IMG/VR virus record: IMGVR_UViG_3300045988_168611
Coordinates: 32,001 to 96,000 of that record
DNA from: a virus
DNA: 64,000 bases
Reading direction: 5' to 3' (one strand)
A program made the translations under genes and the position numbers. The notes beneath the pieces are model-generated. The model was not told the origin of the DNA. It was given only the letters and a program-made list of their open reading frames with translations, and did not search any database. Positions 55,248-63,293 of this stretch are shown here, in pieces; the stretch's first letter is position 1, and each line of letters begins with the position of its first letter.

Positions 55248-56975
55248 ATGAAGATCCCTCGTCAATCCAACAAGCAGCTCATTCGACCTGGCTTGCGTCG
55301 GCTGCCTGTGATGGCAGCCCTGACTGTAGCGATGGGCGCATCTGTTGCAGTGATGCCGACTACCGCTGCAACCGCCGCGCCTGCCAGCGCAGAAAGTACT
55401 GCGAGCACTGCCGGGCTACCGGCTGCTGTCGCAAGTGGCTACAAGATGACGTTCCACGATGAGTTCGACGGCGACAAGCTCGATACCTCTAAATGGGGTT
55501 ATCAGTACGGCTGTTTCGATCCTGCGCAGCGATCGCAAGCGCAGTACACCGACTCTCCCGATAACGTCTCTGTGCGAGATGGTTATCTGAATCTGACGGC
55601 CAGGTACTCGCCCATGAAGACCAAGTGGGACGGCTCGCAGATCGCGCGCACCTGCAAGGACGGCAGCACGACCTATGATGCCCCGTTCACGTCGGGCATG
55701 GTCACCACAAAAACAAAAGACGGCAAGGTGTTGTATGCCGCGCCAGGAACCGGCTTCTATGCCGAGGCGCGCGTCAAGCTTCCGACCGCACGTTCGTCCT
55801 GGTCTGCTTTCTGGGGTACCGGTACCAAGGGTGGCTGGCCCGGTAACGGTGAGATCGACGTGTTCGAGTCCAAGGGCTACGACCCGAGCTTCTTGATGAG
55901 CAACATCCACACTCCCAGGGTCGGCAACCCCAAGAAGACCCAGCAACACCAGGGCATGATGAAGGGCGACACTGCGACTTCTCAGAGCGAGTTCCATACC
56001 TACGGTGTCTTGAAGACCGCTGATGCCATTGAGTTCTACTTCGATGGGAACATGACTCACCGCGTGAAGATGCAGGATATGAAGGGCGCGAGCAACCCCT
56101 TCGCGGATCCAGAGAACGGTCTGGTGTTGAAGCTCAACCAGATGGTGGGCGGCAGCTACTTGGCCAAGCACGACAACTGGTCGGATAAGACCTTTGTCGA
56201 TGCAAGCAAGTACGCGGATGACTACAAGAGCGCTGATGGCGCGGGTTCGACCATGTATGTCGACTACGTGCGTGTGTATGAGCCGAAAACCCAGGCAGAT
56301 CAGCCTGCCCAGCCTGCTCCTGCCCCTGAGCAACCGACTCCGACGCCTGCTCCCGAGCAGCCCGCGCAGCCTTCTGAGCCTACGCCCACCCCTGCTCCAG
56401 AACAGCCTGCACCTGAGCAGCCAACTCAGCCTGAGACCCCGGCCCAGCCTGAACAACCTGCGGTTCCAGAAACGCCTGCTGCACCTGAGACTCCGGCTCA
56501 ACCCGAGCAACCTTCTCAGCCAGAGACTCCTGCCCAGCCTGAGCAGCCCGCTCCTGCTCCGACTCCAGAGCAGCCAGCACCTACGCCTGCCCCTGAGCCC
56601 TCTCAGCCTGCGCCTGTGACTCCGGCACCTGCGAAGCCCACCCCTGAGCAGCCTGTTCCGGCCAAGCCAACGCCTGCACCGGCGAAGCCAACTCCGGCCA
56701 AGCCTCAACCAGCACAGCCTGTTCCGTCTCAGCCGTCTCAGCCGTCCGATAACCAGACTGACCAGAACAGCCAGCAGTCTGGACAGGCAGAGCAGAACAG
56801 CCAGCGGTCTGAACAGGAGGGGCAGAGCAAGCAGACCAAGCCAGAGCAGCCCAAGAAGTCACAGAAGCCTAGTGCTGATCGTTTGGCGAACACGGGTATG
56901 ACCTCGTGGTATCGCCCGATCGTTGTCATGTGGCGAAGCTTCTGTGGCTGGATCACCAGCTGGTGGTTCTGGTGA
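55248..56975 (+). CDS. Secreted, probably cell-wall-anchored glycoside hydrolase family 16 (beta-glucanase/laminarinase-like)
   Basis: ATG at 55248 follows AGAGAGG. The signal peptide is ...AALTVAMGASVAVMPTTAATAAPASA. The GH16 catalytic motif is WPGNGEIDVFES (ExDxxE). A long PAPEQP/PETPAQPEQP linker follows. The C-terminus carries LANTG (LAxTG-type sorting motif) plus a hydrophobic tail. Confidence 0.85.
   Translation: MKIPRQSNKQLIRPGLRRLPVMAALTVAMGASVAVMPTTAATAAPASAESTASTAGLPAAVASGYKMTFHDEFDGDKLDTSKWGYQYGCFDPAQRSQAQYTDSPDNVSVRDGYLNLTARYSPMKTKWDGSQIARTCKDGSTTYDAPFTSGMVTTKTKDGKVLYAAPGTGFYAEARVKLPTARSSWSAFWGTGTKGGWPGNGEIDVFESKGYDPSFLMSNIHTPRVGNPKKTQQHQGMMKGDTATSQSEFHTYGVLKTADAIEFYFDGNMTHRVKMQDMKGASNPFADPENGLVLKLNQMVGGSYLAKHDNWSDKTFVDASKYADDYKSADGAGSTMYVDYVRVYEPKTQADQPAQPAPAPEQPTPTPAPEQPAQPSEPTPTPAPEQPAPEQPTQPETPAQPEQPAVPETPAAPETPAQPEQPSQPETPAQPEQPAPAPTPEQPAPTPAPEPSQPAPVTPAPAKPTPEQPVPAKPTPAPAKPTPAKPQPAQPVPSQPSQPSDNQTDQNSQQSGQAEQNSQRSEQEGQSKQTKPEQPKKSQKPSADRLANTGMTSWYRPIVVMWRSFCGWITSWWFW
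56290..56720 (+). repeat. In-frame degenerate tandem repeats encoding a Pro/Gln/Glu/Thr/Ala linker
   Basis: Reiterated cctgagcagcc / cctgagac(c/t)ccggc units encode PAPEQPxQPETPAQPEQP. Confidence 0.8.
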
Positions 56976-57022
56976 TCATGTGAACACATGAGCTCAGTGT
57001 CCCAAGAATAAGCACCGAAAAA

Positions 57023-57088
57023 GAAAGCCCCTGCGGGCGTCAACGCTGCGTCATTAAGACTGAGCAGCGAAGACCCGCAGGGGCTTTC
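57023..57088. terminator. 15-bp-stem, 36-nt-loop hairpin after the GH16 gene
   Basis: GAAAGCCCCTGCGGG pairs with CCCGCAGGGGCTTTC. The loop holds an inner GCTGC/GCAGC hairpin. Confidence 0.55.
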
Positions 57089-57184
57089 AGGGTTTAGAGA
57101 GAGGAAAGGTGGGGTTAGGGGGACTAGGTGAGCTTAGAGAGGCTAGGCAGGTTTAGCTGCGTGGGCAGACAGAGCGAACAGAGC

Positions 57185-57325
57185 TCAGCCCACGAAGTAA
57201 TCGATGGTGTTGGTGGTCAGGAAGATTGCGAACCACACGACGAGCGTGACACTCAGCAGCCTGAGGCCAGGGGTGGTGTCAGCGTAGATCCATTCATAGA
57301 GGTTGGTGAGCTTGTTCTTCAGCAT
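57185..57325 (-). CDS. Small membrane protein (46 aa; below the ORF-track cutoff)
   Basis: The ORF encodes MLKNKLTNLYEWIYADTTPGLRLLSVTLVVWFAIFLTTNTIDYFVG, preceded by AAAGGAAAG 5 nt upstream. It lies downstream of conserved element A. Confidence 0.5.
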   Translation of the reverse strand: MLKNKLTNLYEWIYADTTPGLRLLSVTLVVWFAIFLTTNTIDYFVG

Positions 57326-57425
57326 GGTTGCTTTCCTTTGCGGATTGAGAGAGGTGTGAGACAGAGAGTTCTGTCAATTCAGGATTCGGGGCATCGATAG
57401 ATGCCCTGTTAACAAGAGGGAGAGG
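57326..57425 (-). promoter_or_regulatory. Conserved upstream element, copy A (hairpin 57389-57406)
   Basis: Alignable with copies B and C, including GGTTG(C/T)TTCCTT (RBS complement), CAGTTC..GATTCGGGG and the hairpin GGGCATC-GATA-GATGCCC. Confidence 0.55.
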
Positions 57426-57483
57426 TATCCTTGTTGTGGCGTGAGCCAAGCAACAAGAATCCAAGAATCAAGGAGGATGAATC

Positions 57484-58329
57484 ATGAGAATTATGAGCGA
57501 GATTGTGGATCCGGAGGGATGGCTTGCACTACTCCCCAGACGAATTGATTGGTCAATGAACAGCTATACTCACCCGAAGTGGCTCAAGGTTCCACCTTTT
57601 GACGATAATGAGGAAGGCTCTGATGTGTTGAACCCAGTGGAGAATGTCAGCTCTGCTTTGGTTGATGCGGTTGTTGACTGTATGGCTCGCTTTGCGTTGG
57701 GAGTTTCTGTAGAAAAGGCATTTTCGATGCCTTTGAGGTATTTCCAAGCGCACAGGGGGCGTAGCGAGGCATCGGACCTTATGAATGCCATCAAAGGTCT
57801 GGACGACGGATCCATCATCAACGCTGTGAAGCTGTTTAGGTTTGCTGACTATGATGATCGTTTTGGTATCGGGCACCTTCCATTTAATGAGGGTATTGAG
57901 CCCGATGAAGCGACGATCCAGAACGTGAGAATGATGGTCGAACGCTCGCTTCGTTTCTTCAAACCGCGTGGCCCAGAGTGGTGGAATGGGAAGATGCCTG
58001 AGGGGTTCACGCTCGCGCGTGAGAGCTTTGTCCCTGTTCGTATACCTGACGGAGACGCTATGTTGCCTGATACCTGTTGGGATCTCAAGGCATCAGAGTC
58101 ATGCCCGACGACGTATGATGTGCTTCGATTGATCATGTACCGTTTTATAGGGATTTGTTCGAATTGCCCATGGTTGTTCCGAGATATTCCCTATCTAGGT
58201 GTCTACAACCCCCGTCTGGATGAAGCCTATCGGATCAACGTTGGCGACATCTCTGAGGATATGATTGCCGAGGTTGAGGGATGTGTGATCTACCACGCTT
58301 TGCGTCGATTGCGATCATACCTGATTTAG
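57484..58329 (+). CDS. Hypothetical protein (281 aa)
   Basis: AAGGAGG lies 7 nt before the ATG. No motif recognised. Confidence 0.65.
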   Translation: MRIMSEIVDPEGWLALLPRRIDWSMNSYTHPKWLKVPPFDDNEEGSDVLNPVENVSSALVDAVVDCMARFALGVSVEKAFSMPLRYFQAHRGRSEASDLMNAIKGLDDGSIINAVKLFRFADYDDRFGIGHLPFNEGIEPDEATIQNVRMMVERSLRFFKPRGPEWWNGKMPEGFTLARESFVPVRIPDGDAMLPDTCWDLKASESCPTTYDVLRLIMYRFIGICSNCPWLFRDIPYLGVYNPRLDEAYRINVGDISEDMIAEVEGCVIYHALRRLRSYLI

Positions 58330-58333
58330 AAAC

Positions 58334-58400
58334 ATAGCCCCTCTGAGACAGCGCCAACGCCTGTTTATTAACAAGCGAGGCTACGTCCCAGAGGGGCTAT
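58334..58400. repeat. CCCCTCTGAGAC hairpin family member (bidirectional terminator position)
   Basis: ATAGCCCCTCTGAGAC pairs with GTCCCAGAGGGGCTAT around a 35-nt loop, between convergent genes. Confidence 0.65.
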
Positions 58401-58431
58401 CTGTGTTGTTGGGCTAGGATCTCATCACAGA

Positions 58432-59295
58432 TCACAGATCGACAGGACGGAAGTCCTGCGTGATGAGGTGCTTCGCGCACTGCAACGGCGAGCACTTATC
58501 GAAGTACTCCCACTGTGTCATACCACTCATGATCTGGCAGGCTGCCCTCAGGACGATCGGCGGCCTGTAATCCCATGACGTTTCATCGCACAGCTTTTCC
58601 GGTGTGAGATCCTCCAGCGGGGTGGGCCACACATCCAAACAGTCAATCCTGTTGATGTTCACGCCATACACCGTTGCACAGTCCTGGATGTAACCCGGCA
58701 TGATGAGCGACGGGAAATCCCACGATGTGTCGCGGCGCTCCGCATCAGCTTCAGCTGCCTTCTTGTGAGCCCACTTGCCCTTGGTGAGACCAGGCAAGTT
58801 GATCTGATCCACGGGTGCCATGACAGCCATCTTACCCAGCTTGTCTGCGTTGTCATCGGACTGGGCAGAGTCGACAGTGCATGCCACAGGACGGCACTCG
58901 GCGGGCGAGTGTACAGTCTTCATCTTTGTCGCATGCGCGAGAGCACACTCAGCTGCCCATTCACCGAGAATACGGGGAATGATGACACAGCCATCTGTGT
59001 TCCAGCCCCAGAAGAGCGCACCCTGAACAGGCTCGTCCTGGTACGCCGCCGACTTGTAGATCAGCCTGTCGCGCCTCGACGGGATGAGCACAGAGCCTTC
59101 CCAGTAATGGTCGCCGTCTGAGTCTTCGTCGAATGCTTCGACGAGAATGCCGCCGTAACCGAGGTCGTAGACATCTGCCGCTCGGTGGTAGTAGCGGATG
59201 TCTTCAAGTTCCTTGATGAGATCGCTTCCCGCTTCTGTCATGGACAGAGCCTGGATCATGGTGTGGGCCGCTTCATGGTTGACTTGGTTCAACAT
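58432..59295 (-). CDS. Hypothetical protein (287 aa) with N-terminal HEAAH
   Basis: AAAGGAAAC precedes the ATG. Residues 7-11 read HEAAH (HExxH-like). No other family signature recognised. Confidence 0.6.
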   Translation of the reverse strand: MLNQVNHEAAHTMIQALSMTEAGSDLIKELEDIRYYHRAADVYDLGYGGILVEAFDEDSDGDHYWEGSVLIPSRRDRLIYKSAAYQDEPVQGALFWGWNTDGCVIIPRILGEWAAECALAHATKMKTVHSPAECRPVACTVDSAQSDDNADKLGKMAVMAPVDQINLPGLTKGKWAHKKAAEADAERRDTSWDFPSLIMPGYIQDCATVYGVNINRIDCLDVWPTPLEDLTPEKLCDETSWDYRPPIVLRAACQIMSGMTQWEYFDKCSPLQCAKHLITQDFRPVDL

Positions 59296-59380
59296 GGTTG
59301 TTTCCTTTGAGTGTGAATTGTGGATGAGAGTAGGACTCAGTTCTGCGATCGGGACATCGCAGATGTCCTGCTAACAAGAC
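59296..59380 (-). promoter_or_regulatory. Conserved upstream element, copy B (hairpin 59352-59368)
   Basis: CTCAGTTCTGCGATCGGGACATCGCAGATGTCCTGCTAACAAGA. The hairpin is GGACATC-GCA-GATGTCC. Confidence 0.5.
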
Positions 59381-59402
59381 ACAGTGGTGAGAGAAGAAAA
59401 AA

Positions 59403-59484
59403 ATAGCTCCCCCACCCCGCCTCATTCTCTGTCGAGCGTGTGTCACCACACTGCTCTGAGAGAGGGTGGGGGTAGGGGAGCTAT
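59403..59484. repeat. Large-loop hairpin (variant of the intergenic family)
   Basis: ATAGCTCCCCCACCCC pairs with GGGGTAGGGGAGCTAT, with additional inner pairing GCCTC/GAGAG. Confidence 0.5.
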
Positions 59485-59503
59485 CTGGAGACGGTGTTAC
59501 TGC

Positions 59504-59773
59504 TCAGTCTTCGTACTCGTAGTACTCGCGAGCACTACGGTAGTAGCCCTTGAGCGAGTTCCTGAGTTCCTGACGCTTGCTACGCTTCTTAGCACGACGA
59601 GCAGCAACCCTGGCCTTGCCGGGTGCATCGCCGCAGCAGACACAGTCACGGCCACCAGGGCCGTACGGGCACGTGCACCCAATCATGGTCACGTGAGTGG
59701 GGCTCGCCAGAGCCAGAGCGTCGAGCATAGTAGATATGTCAGTGTTGTGGGAACGCTTGTTACGACGAGGCAT
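59504..59773 (-). CDS. Small basic Cys-rich protein (89 aa)
   Basis: AAGGA lies 7 nt before the ATG. The protein contains GCTCPYGPGGRDCVCCGD followed by an Arg/Lys-rich tail. Confidence 0.5.
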   Translation of the reverse strand: MPRRNKRSHNTDISTMLDALALASPTHVTMIGCTCPYGPGGRDCVCCGDAPGKARVAARRAKKRSKRQELRNSLKGYYRSAREYYEYED

Positions 59774-59832
59774 GATTCATCCTTGTGTGTGTAGTTGTTG
59801 GTTGAGTGGGTAGTGGGTGAAAGTGGGTTGGT

Positions 59833-60231
59833 TCAGAGCTCGATGGGATCGTCGCCCCAGTACGTAACGTTCTCGTCGCGTAGAGTCTGGATAGCCTTCT
59901 GGTCGGAGTTAGGCGATGTGGCGACATAGAGCGCGTTGATGAGTTTGCGCAGACGTGCTGATGTCGTCTCGTCGTGATTGAATGCGCCCGGTACAATGAA
60001 GACCTTCGGGGGCTTGTTTCGAGACGGGTCGTAATCAGGACGAAGCCGCACTGTCGCGATGAAGGTTCGGGAGGCGAAAACCCTGTAGTCGATCGCCGTA
60101 GGAGTGAGTCGGGTCATCTGTACGATGGTGAAATCCCCTGCGATCGGAATGATCATGGGTTGGTCGCGCAGCAGCTCCTGCGCTGCTGCGTCGATGTCAG
60201 CGAGGATGGTAGACGACTGTGACTGAGTCAT
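59833..60231 (-). CDS. Hypothetical protein (132 aa)
   Basis: AGAAGGAAC precedes the ATG. The gene lies downstream of conserved element C. Confidence 0.6.
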   Translation of the reverse strand: MTQSQSSTILADIDAAAQELLRDQPMIIPIAGDFTIVQMTRLTPTAIDYRVFASRTFIATVRLRPDYDPSRNKPPKVFIVPGAFNHDETTSARLRKLINALYVATSPNSDQKAIQTLRDENVTYWGDDPIEL

Positions 60232-60330
60232 GGTTTTGTTCCTTCTGGAGATAAAGAGTGGTGACAGAGAGTATCTATCAGTTCAAGATTCGGGGCATTG
60301 ATAAATGCCCTATATATAGGAGAGGGAGGA
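60232..60330 (-). promoter_or_regulatory. Conserved upstream element, copy C (hairpin 60293-60310)
   Basis: GACAGAGAGTATCTATCAGTTCAAGATTCGGGGCATTGATAAATGCCCTATATATAGGAGAGGGAGG. The hairpin is GGGCATT-GATA-AATGCCC. Confidence 0.55.
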
Positions 60331-60336
60331 AAAGAG

Positions 60337-60354
60337 AAAAAAAAAGGGGGGGGG
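60337..60354. repeat. Abutting homopolymers A9 G9
   Basis: A9 at 60337-60345 and G9 at 60346-60354, in an intergenic region. A second tract, C6 G8, lies at 60426-60439. Confidence 0.9.
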
Positions 60355-60376
60355 TAGGCGAGAGATCAGAAAACTA

Positions 60377-60440
60377 ACCCCTCTGAGACGTACCTGCGAT
60401 CGTGCTGATCACATACTGTCTCTATCCCCCCGGGGGGGGT
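60377..60440. repeat. CCCCTCTGAGAC hairpin family member
   Basis: ACCCCTCTGAGAC (60377-60389)...GTCTC (60418-60422)...GGGGGGGGT (60432-60440), downstream of the 60449 stop. Confidence 0.5.
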
Positions 60441-60448
60441 GCTGTTAC

Positions 60449-61006
60449 TCAGATCGAGATCTTGTACCGATCGAAGCGAGGATCTCGGTTCGGGTAGAAC
60501 CTGAGAGGCGTGATCGTCTCATAGAGATTCCAATCCCACAGCACCCTGTTCAGTGCGTAGGTCGTGTTTCGCGCTTCCTGTCGAGTTTTGTGATCAAGCG
60601 ATGTATCGTCCTTCATCTCATAGCATCGATCAAGAAGCGCATCGATCTGCTCTCGTGTGGGTTGCTTGTTGAGAGTCTCTCGGACAAGTCCAGAGAGCTT
60701 GTCCCATGCAATGATGACCTTTTCGCAGCGAATACGATCATGCTTATCTGCGATTGCCATCGCGTGAACGTCCGGTTCCACCTTATTGATCATCTGCTCG
60801 AACTCAGTATCGCTACGAGCAATTTCGGCAACCTGAGGGTAGATGTGGGTGAGCATGATCGTCTCAAAGCGATGCGCTCGCTCCATCCAGTCAGCCATCT
60901 CGTCGACGGCCTTGTGGTGGTAGACGAGACATGAGGTCCAGTCGTTCCAAGGGGTGTTTGTTGCGGAGAGGATCCTGTGAAGGAGAGGGTGAGCGGGTGC
61001 ACCCAT
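60449..61006 (-). CDS. Hypothetical protein (185 aa)
   Basis: ATG at 61006 follows AAGGAG. No motif recognised. Confidence 0.6.
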   Translation of the reverse strand: MGAPAHPLLHRILSATNTPWNDWTSCLVYHHKAVDEMADWMERAHRFETIMLTHIYPQVAEIARSDTEFEQMINKVEPDVHAMAIADKHDRIRCEKVIIAWDKLSGLVRETLNKQPTREQIDALLDRCYEMKDDTSLDHKTRQEARNTTYALNRVLWDWNLYETITPLRFYPNRDPRFDRYKISI

Positions 61007-61034
61007 GGTGTTGTCTCCTTTTCTGTGTTGTGAT

Positions 61035-61226
61035 TTATATTGATAGCGCCAGGTTGAGGACAACAGGTGTCATGACGATCGCCATGATCGCGCTTGCAAC
61101 GAGCACAGACTTACCGATGCAGATCATGTCCTGCTTCGTGATCGTGAGAGCACTTGCTTCAGCCGGATCGAGATGCCTGGTTTGATGGGTGTCACCAAGG
61201 ATCCAGCCGGTGATTGCGTTCAGCAT
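61035..61226 (-). CDS. Small membrane protein (63 aa)
   Basis: ATG at 61226 follows AAGGCAGGAA. The C-terminal hydrophobic helix is SVLVASAIMAIVMTPVVLNLAL. The upstream part of the track ORF overlaps the preceding gene. Confidence 0.45.
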   Translation of the reverse strand: MLNAITGWILGDTHQTRHLDPAEASALTITKQDMICIGKSVLVASAIMAIVMTPVVLNLALSI

Positions 61227-61254
61227 ATTTCCTGCCTTGTCTTGTGATGTCTGG

Positions 61255-62145
61255 TTAGTATCCGATGCCGAGCATCTGCTCGACACGGCGGTTGTTGCGT
61301 GGCATACCGACGCCTCGCAGGTAGTCGTCGACCATGTTCTTCGTCGCATGGGCCCGAGAGAGCACATCGCGTGGAACATACGGATCTCGCATGGGTCCGT
61401 ATTCTGCCCAGGTCTTGCCGGTTCCTTCCTGCACGAGGTAGAAATCGTAATGGCGATTTAGAGTGGGAATATCAGCATACGTGTTACCCCAGGTGTAACT
61501 CACGCCAGAGCCTCTGGTGGGGTTCTGCGAGTAACACGTGCCTTCGACATGTCCGGGGCAGATGTCTTCCAACCCGATGCATTCGATGTAGTCATCGAAT
61601 CCCTGGAAGCCGGTCATACCGAGGACGATGGCGTGACCGACGCAGCTTTCTGCACTTTCATGAGACTTACCTCGTCGAGCCAGCAGTACGCTACCAACTG
61701 TGAGCTGTGCTAGATCATCAACCGGCACCATCTGCCGGATAACATCTGCAACCTTACTCTTGCGAGCAGGCTCCGACACCTTCCACTCAATCTTGTTGAG
61801 CGCTTCGTAGAACTCATTGTTGAGCTCATAACGGATGGTGCCGCTGTAGGTACGATCGTTGTCGTAGCATTCCTTGGTGGCATCGTGGATGTCCATCTCA
61901 GCATGGGTGTTGTACACACGCAGAGGTCCGCACGCGAGTGCGTTGTGCACGCACTGGACCTCATTGTGTCGGTACTCAGTGTGGTCGGGGTGCACGATCT
62001 TGGTGGGATTCTCGTACAATCCGTCGAAGAAACGGAACTTCGAGATGTGTGCCCACGTGACGAACATGTCACGCTTCTCCTGCTTGTTCTTGGGTTCGGA
62101 TCCGGGAGCAGGCGTAAACGTTGCTCCGGGGAATGAGGTGGTCAT
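61255..62145 (-). CDS. Hypothetical protein (296 aa)
   Basis: A long ORF with a weak GAAAGAA RBS. No motif recognised. Confidence 0.6.
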   Translation of the reverse strand: MTTSFPGATFTPAPGSEPKNKQEKRDMFVTWAHISKFRFFDGLYENPTKIVHPDHTEYRHNEVQCVHNALACGPLRVYNTHAEMDIHDATKECYDNDRTYSGTIRYELNNEFYEALNKIEWKVSEPARKSKVADVIRQMVPVDDLAQLTVGSVLLARRGKSHESAESCVGHAIVLGMTGFQGFDDYIECIGLEDICPGHVEGTCYSQNPTRGSGVSYTWGNTYADIPTLNRHYDFYLVQEGTGKTWAEYGPMRDPYVPRDVLSRAHATKNMVDDYLRGVGMPRNNRRVEQMLGIGY

Positions 62146-62208
62146 GATGGTTCTTTCTATTGTTGGGGTTTGACGGTAGCGATCAGTGTTGGCGTGCTAC
62201 ATGTGCGC

Positions 62209-62505
62209 TTAGTTGCGACCACGGATACGCTTGCATATTGCCTCAGTGGCGACGTAGGCCAAGAGGGCTGATAGTGTGAATGTGGCTGCTGACATTGCGG
62301 TGTGGTGCCATGCGCGCGGCGCGACGGTGGGTGCATCTTCAGCGTTGTTGCTGTTGTTGTTGTTGGTAGGGGTGCCGTCGGTGACGGGTGTGCGGATCTC
62401 GTCGACGAGGGGTGTGTACCCTGCGTTGCATCCGGTTGAAGACTGCTCTTCGAGTTCGTCATCGTCCAGCATGCGCATCCACATCATGGCAGGAAGCCAG
62501 CTCAT
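62209..62505 (-). CDS. Small protein with C-terminal TM helix (98 aa)
   Basis: Weak RBS. The protein has an acidic N-terminus, an Asn-rich stretch and the helix AATFTLSALLAYVATEAI. Confidence 0.45.
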   Translation of the reverse strand: MSWLPAMMWMRMLDDDELEEQSSTGCNAGYTPLVDEIRTPVTDGTPTNNNNSNNAEDAPTVAPRAWHHTAMSAATFTLSALLAYVATEAICKRIRGRN

Positions 62506-62536
62506 AATGTTGTGTTCTTTCTACTCTGTTCTGTTG

Positions 62537-63187
62537 TTATGCAGGAAGCTCGCCTTCGTAGAGATCGATGATCCGTGTCGATGACATAGCGCCGTTGTAT
62601 TCGACTGACGCCTTCGGGTGCTTCAACTGAGCGATACTGTACGTGATCTCCTTACATGTGATAATTTCTTCGCTGGCGAAGCCGTAAGCCCTGAGCGAGC
62701 CCCAATCGCCCGCGAAGAACGTGAACAGATTGCTATCGAGATCCCACAAGTACGACACTGCGTCCTGTGCATGTCGGTGCTCCTTGACGAACTGCTCGGC
62801 AGAGCGTCGCGTATGGAATGTGTTCGCATTGCCTGTCAGTGCGAACGTACCGTCACCATGGTCGAGACCGAGACGGTACTCCTTGTTGCTGTCCTCGTGG
62901 TTGTGAGCCACGATGCTGTAGCCGCCTTCCATGGGGCGAGAACGGTTGTAGAATCTGTAGTCTTCGTCCATGAGATCGAACGCACTGATGTGCGACATGC
63001 TCCGAACCGTCTTTTCGAGACAGTTGAGGAACTCAGTCTGGCTGTATCCGTCCTTGCCCGCGTGCTGCAACGCGAACTTGATGATCTCAGCGATGTGCAG
63101 ACTCCACTGGACAGTGGTGAGGTGGACGACGAAACGACCTGTGTTTTCGTCTTTGTTGATCGTGGCGTGTACGCCGCGCTGGCCCAT
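62537..63187 (-). CDS. Hypothetical protein (216 aa)
   Basis: ATG at 63187 follows GAAGGAG. No motif recognised. Confidence 0.6.
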   Translation of the reverse strand: MGQRGVHATINKDENTGRFVVHLTTVQWSLHIAEIIKFALQHAGKDGYSQTEFLNCLEKTVRSMSHISAFDLMDEDYRFYNRSRPMEGGYSIVAHNHEDSNKEYRLGLDHGDGTFALTGNANTFHTRRSAEQFVKEHRHAQDAVSYLWDLDSNLFTFFAGDWGSLRAYGFASEEIITCKEITYSIAQLKHPKASVEYNGAMSSTRIIDLYEGELPA

Positions 63188-63227
63188 GGTGTGTACTCCT
63201 TCTTTTTTATCTTTGTGCTGTGTATAT

Positions 63228-63268
63228 GAGAGGGGGAAGGGTAGCATTTATCCGCCCTTCCCCCTCTC
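63228..63268. terminator. 14-bp intergenic hairpin
   Basis: GAGAGGGGGAAGGG pairs with CCCTTCCCCCTCTC around a 13-nt loop. Confidence 0.5.
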
Positions 63269-63293
63269 CTGCTCTATGACCCTTGATCAGCCC

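Noticed and set aside
55416-56708. 430-aa minus-strand ORF opposite the GH16 gene.
   Set aside because: It gives an extreme Arg/Leu/Gly repeat translation generated by the antisense of the Pro/Gln/Glu linker. The sense strand has a signal peptide, the GH16 motif and a sorting signal.
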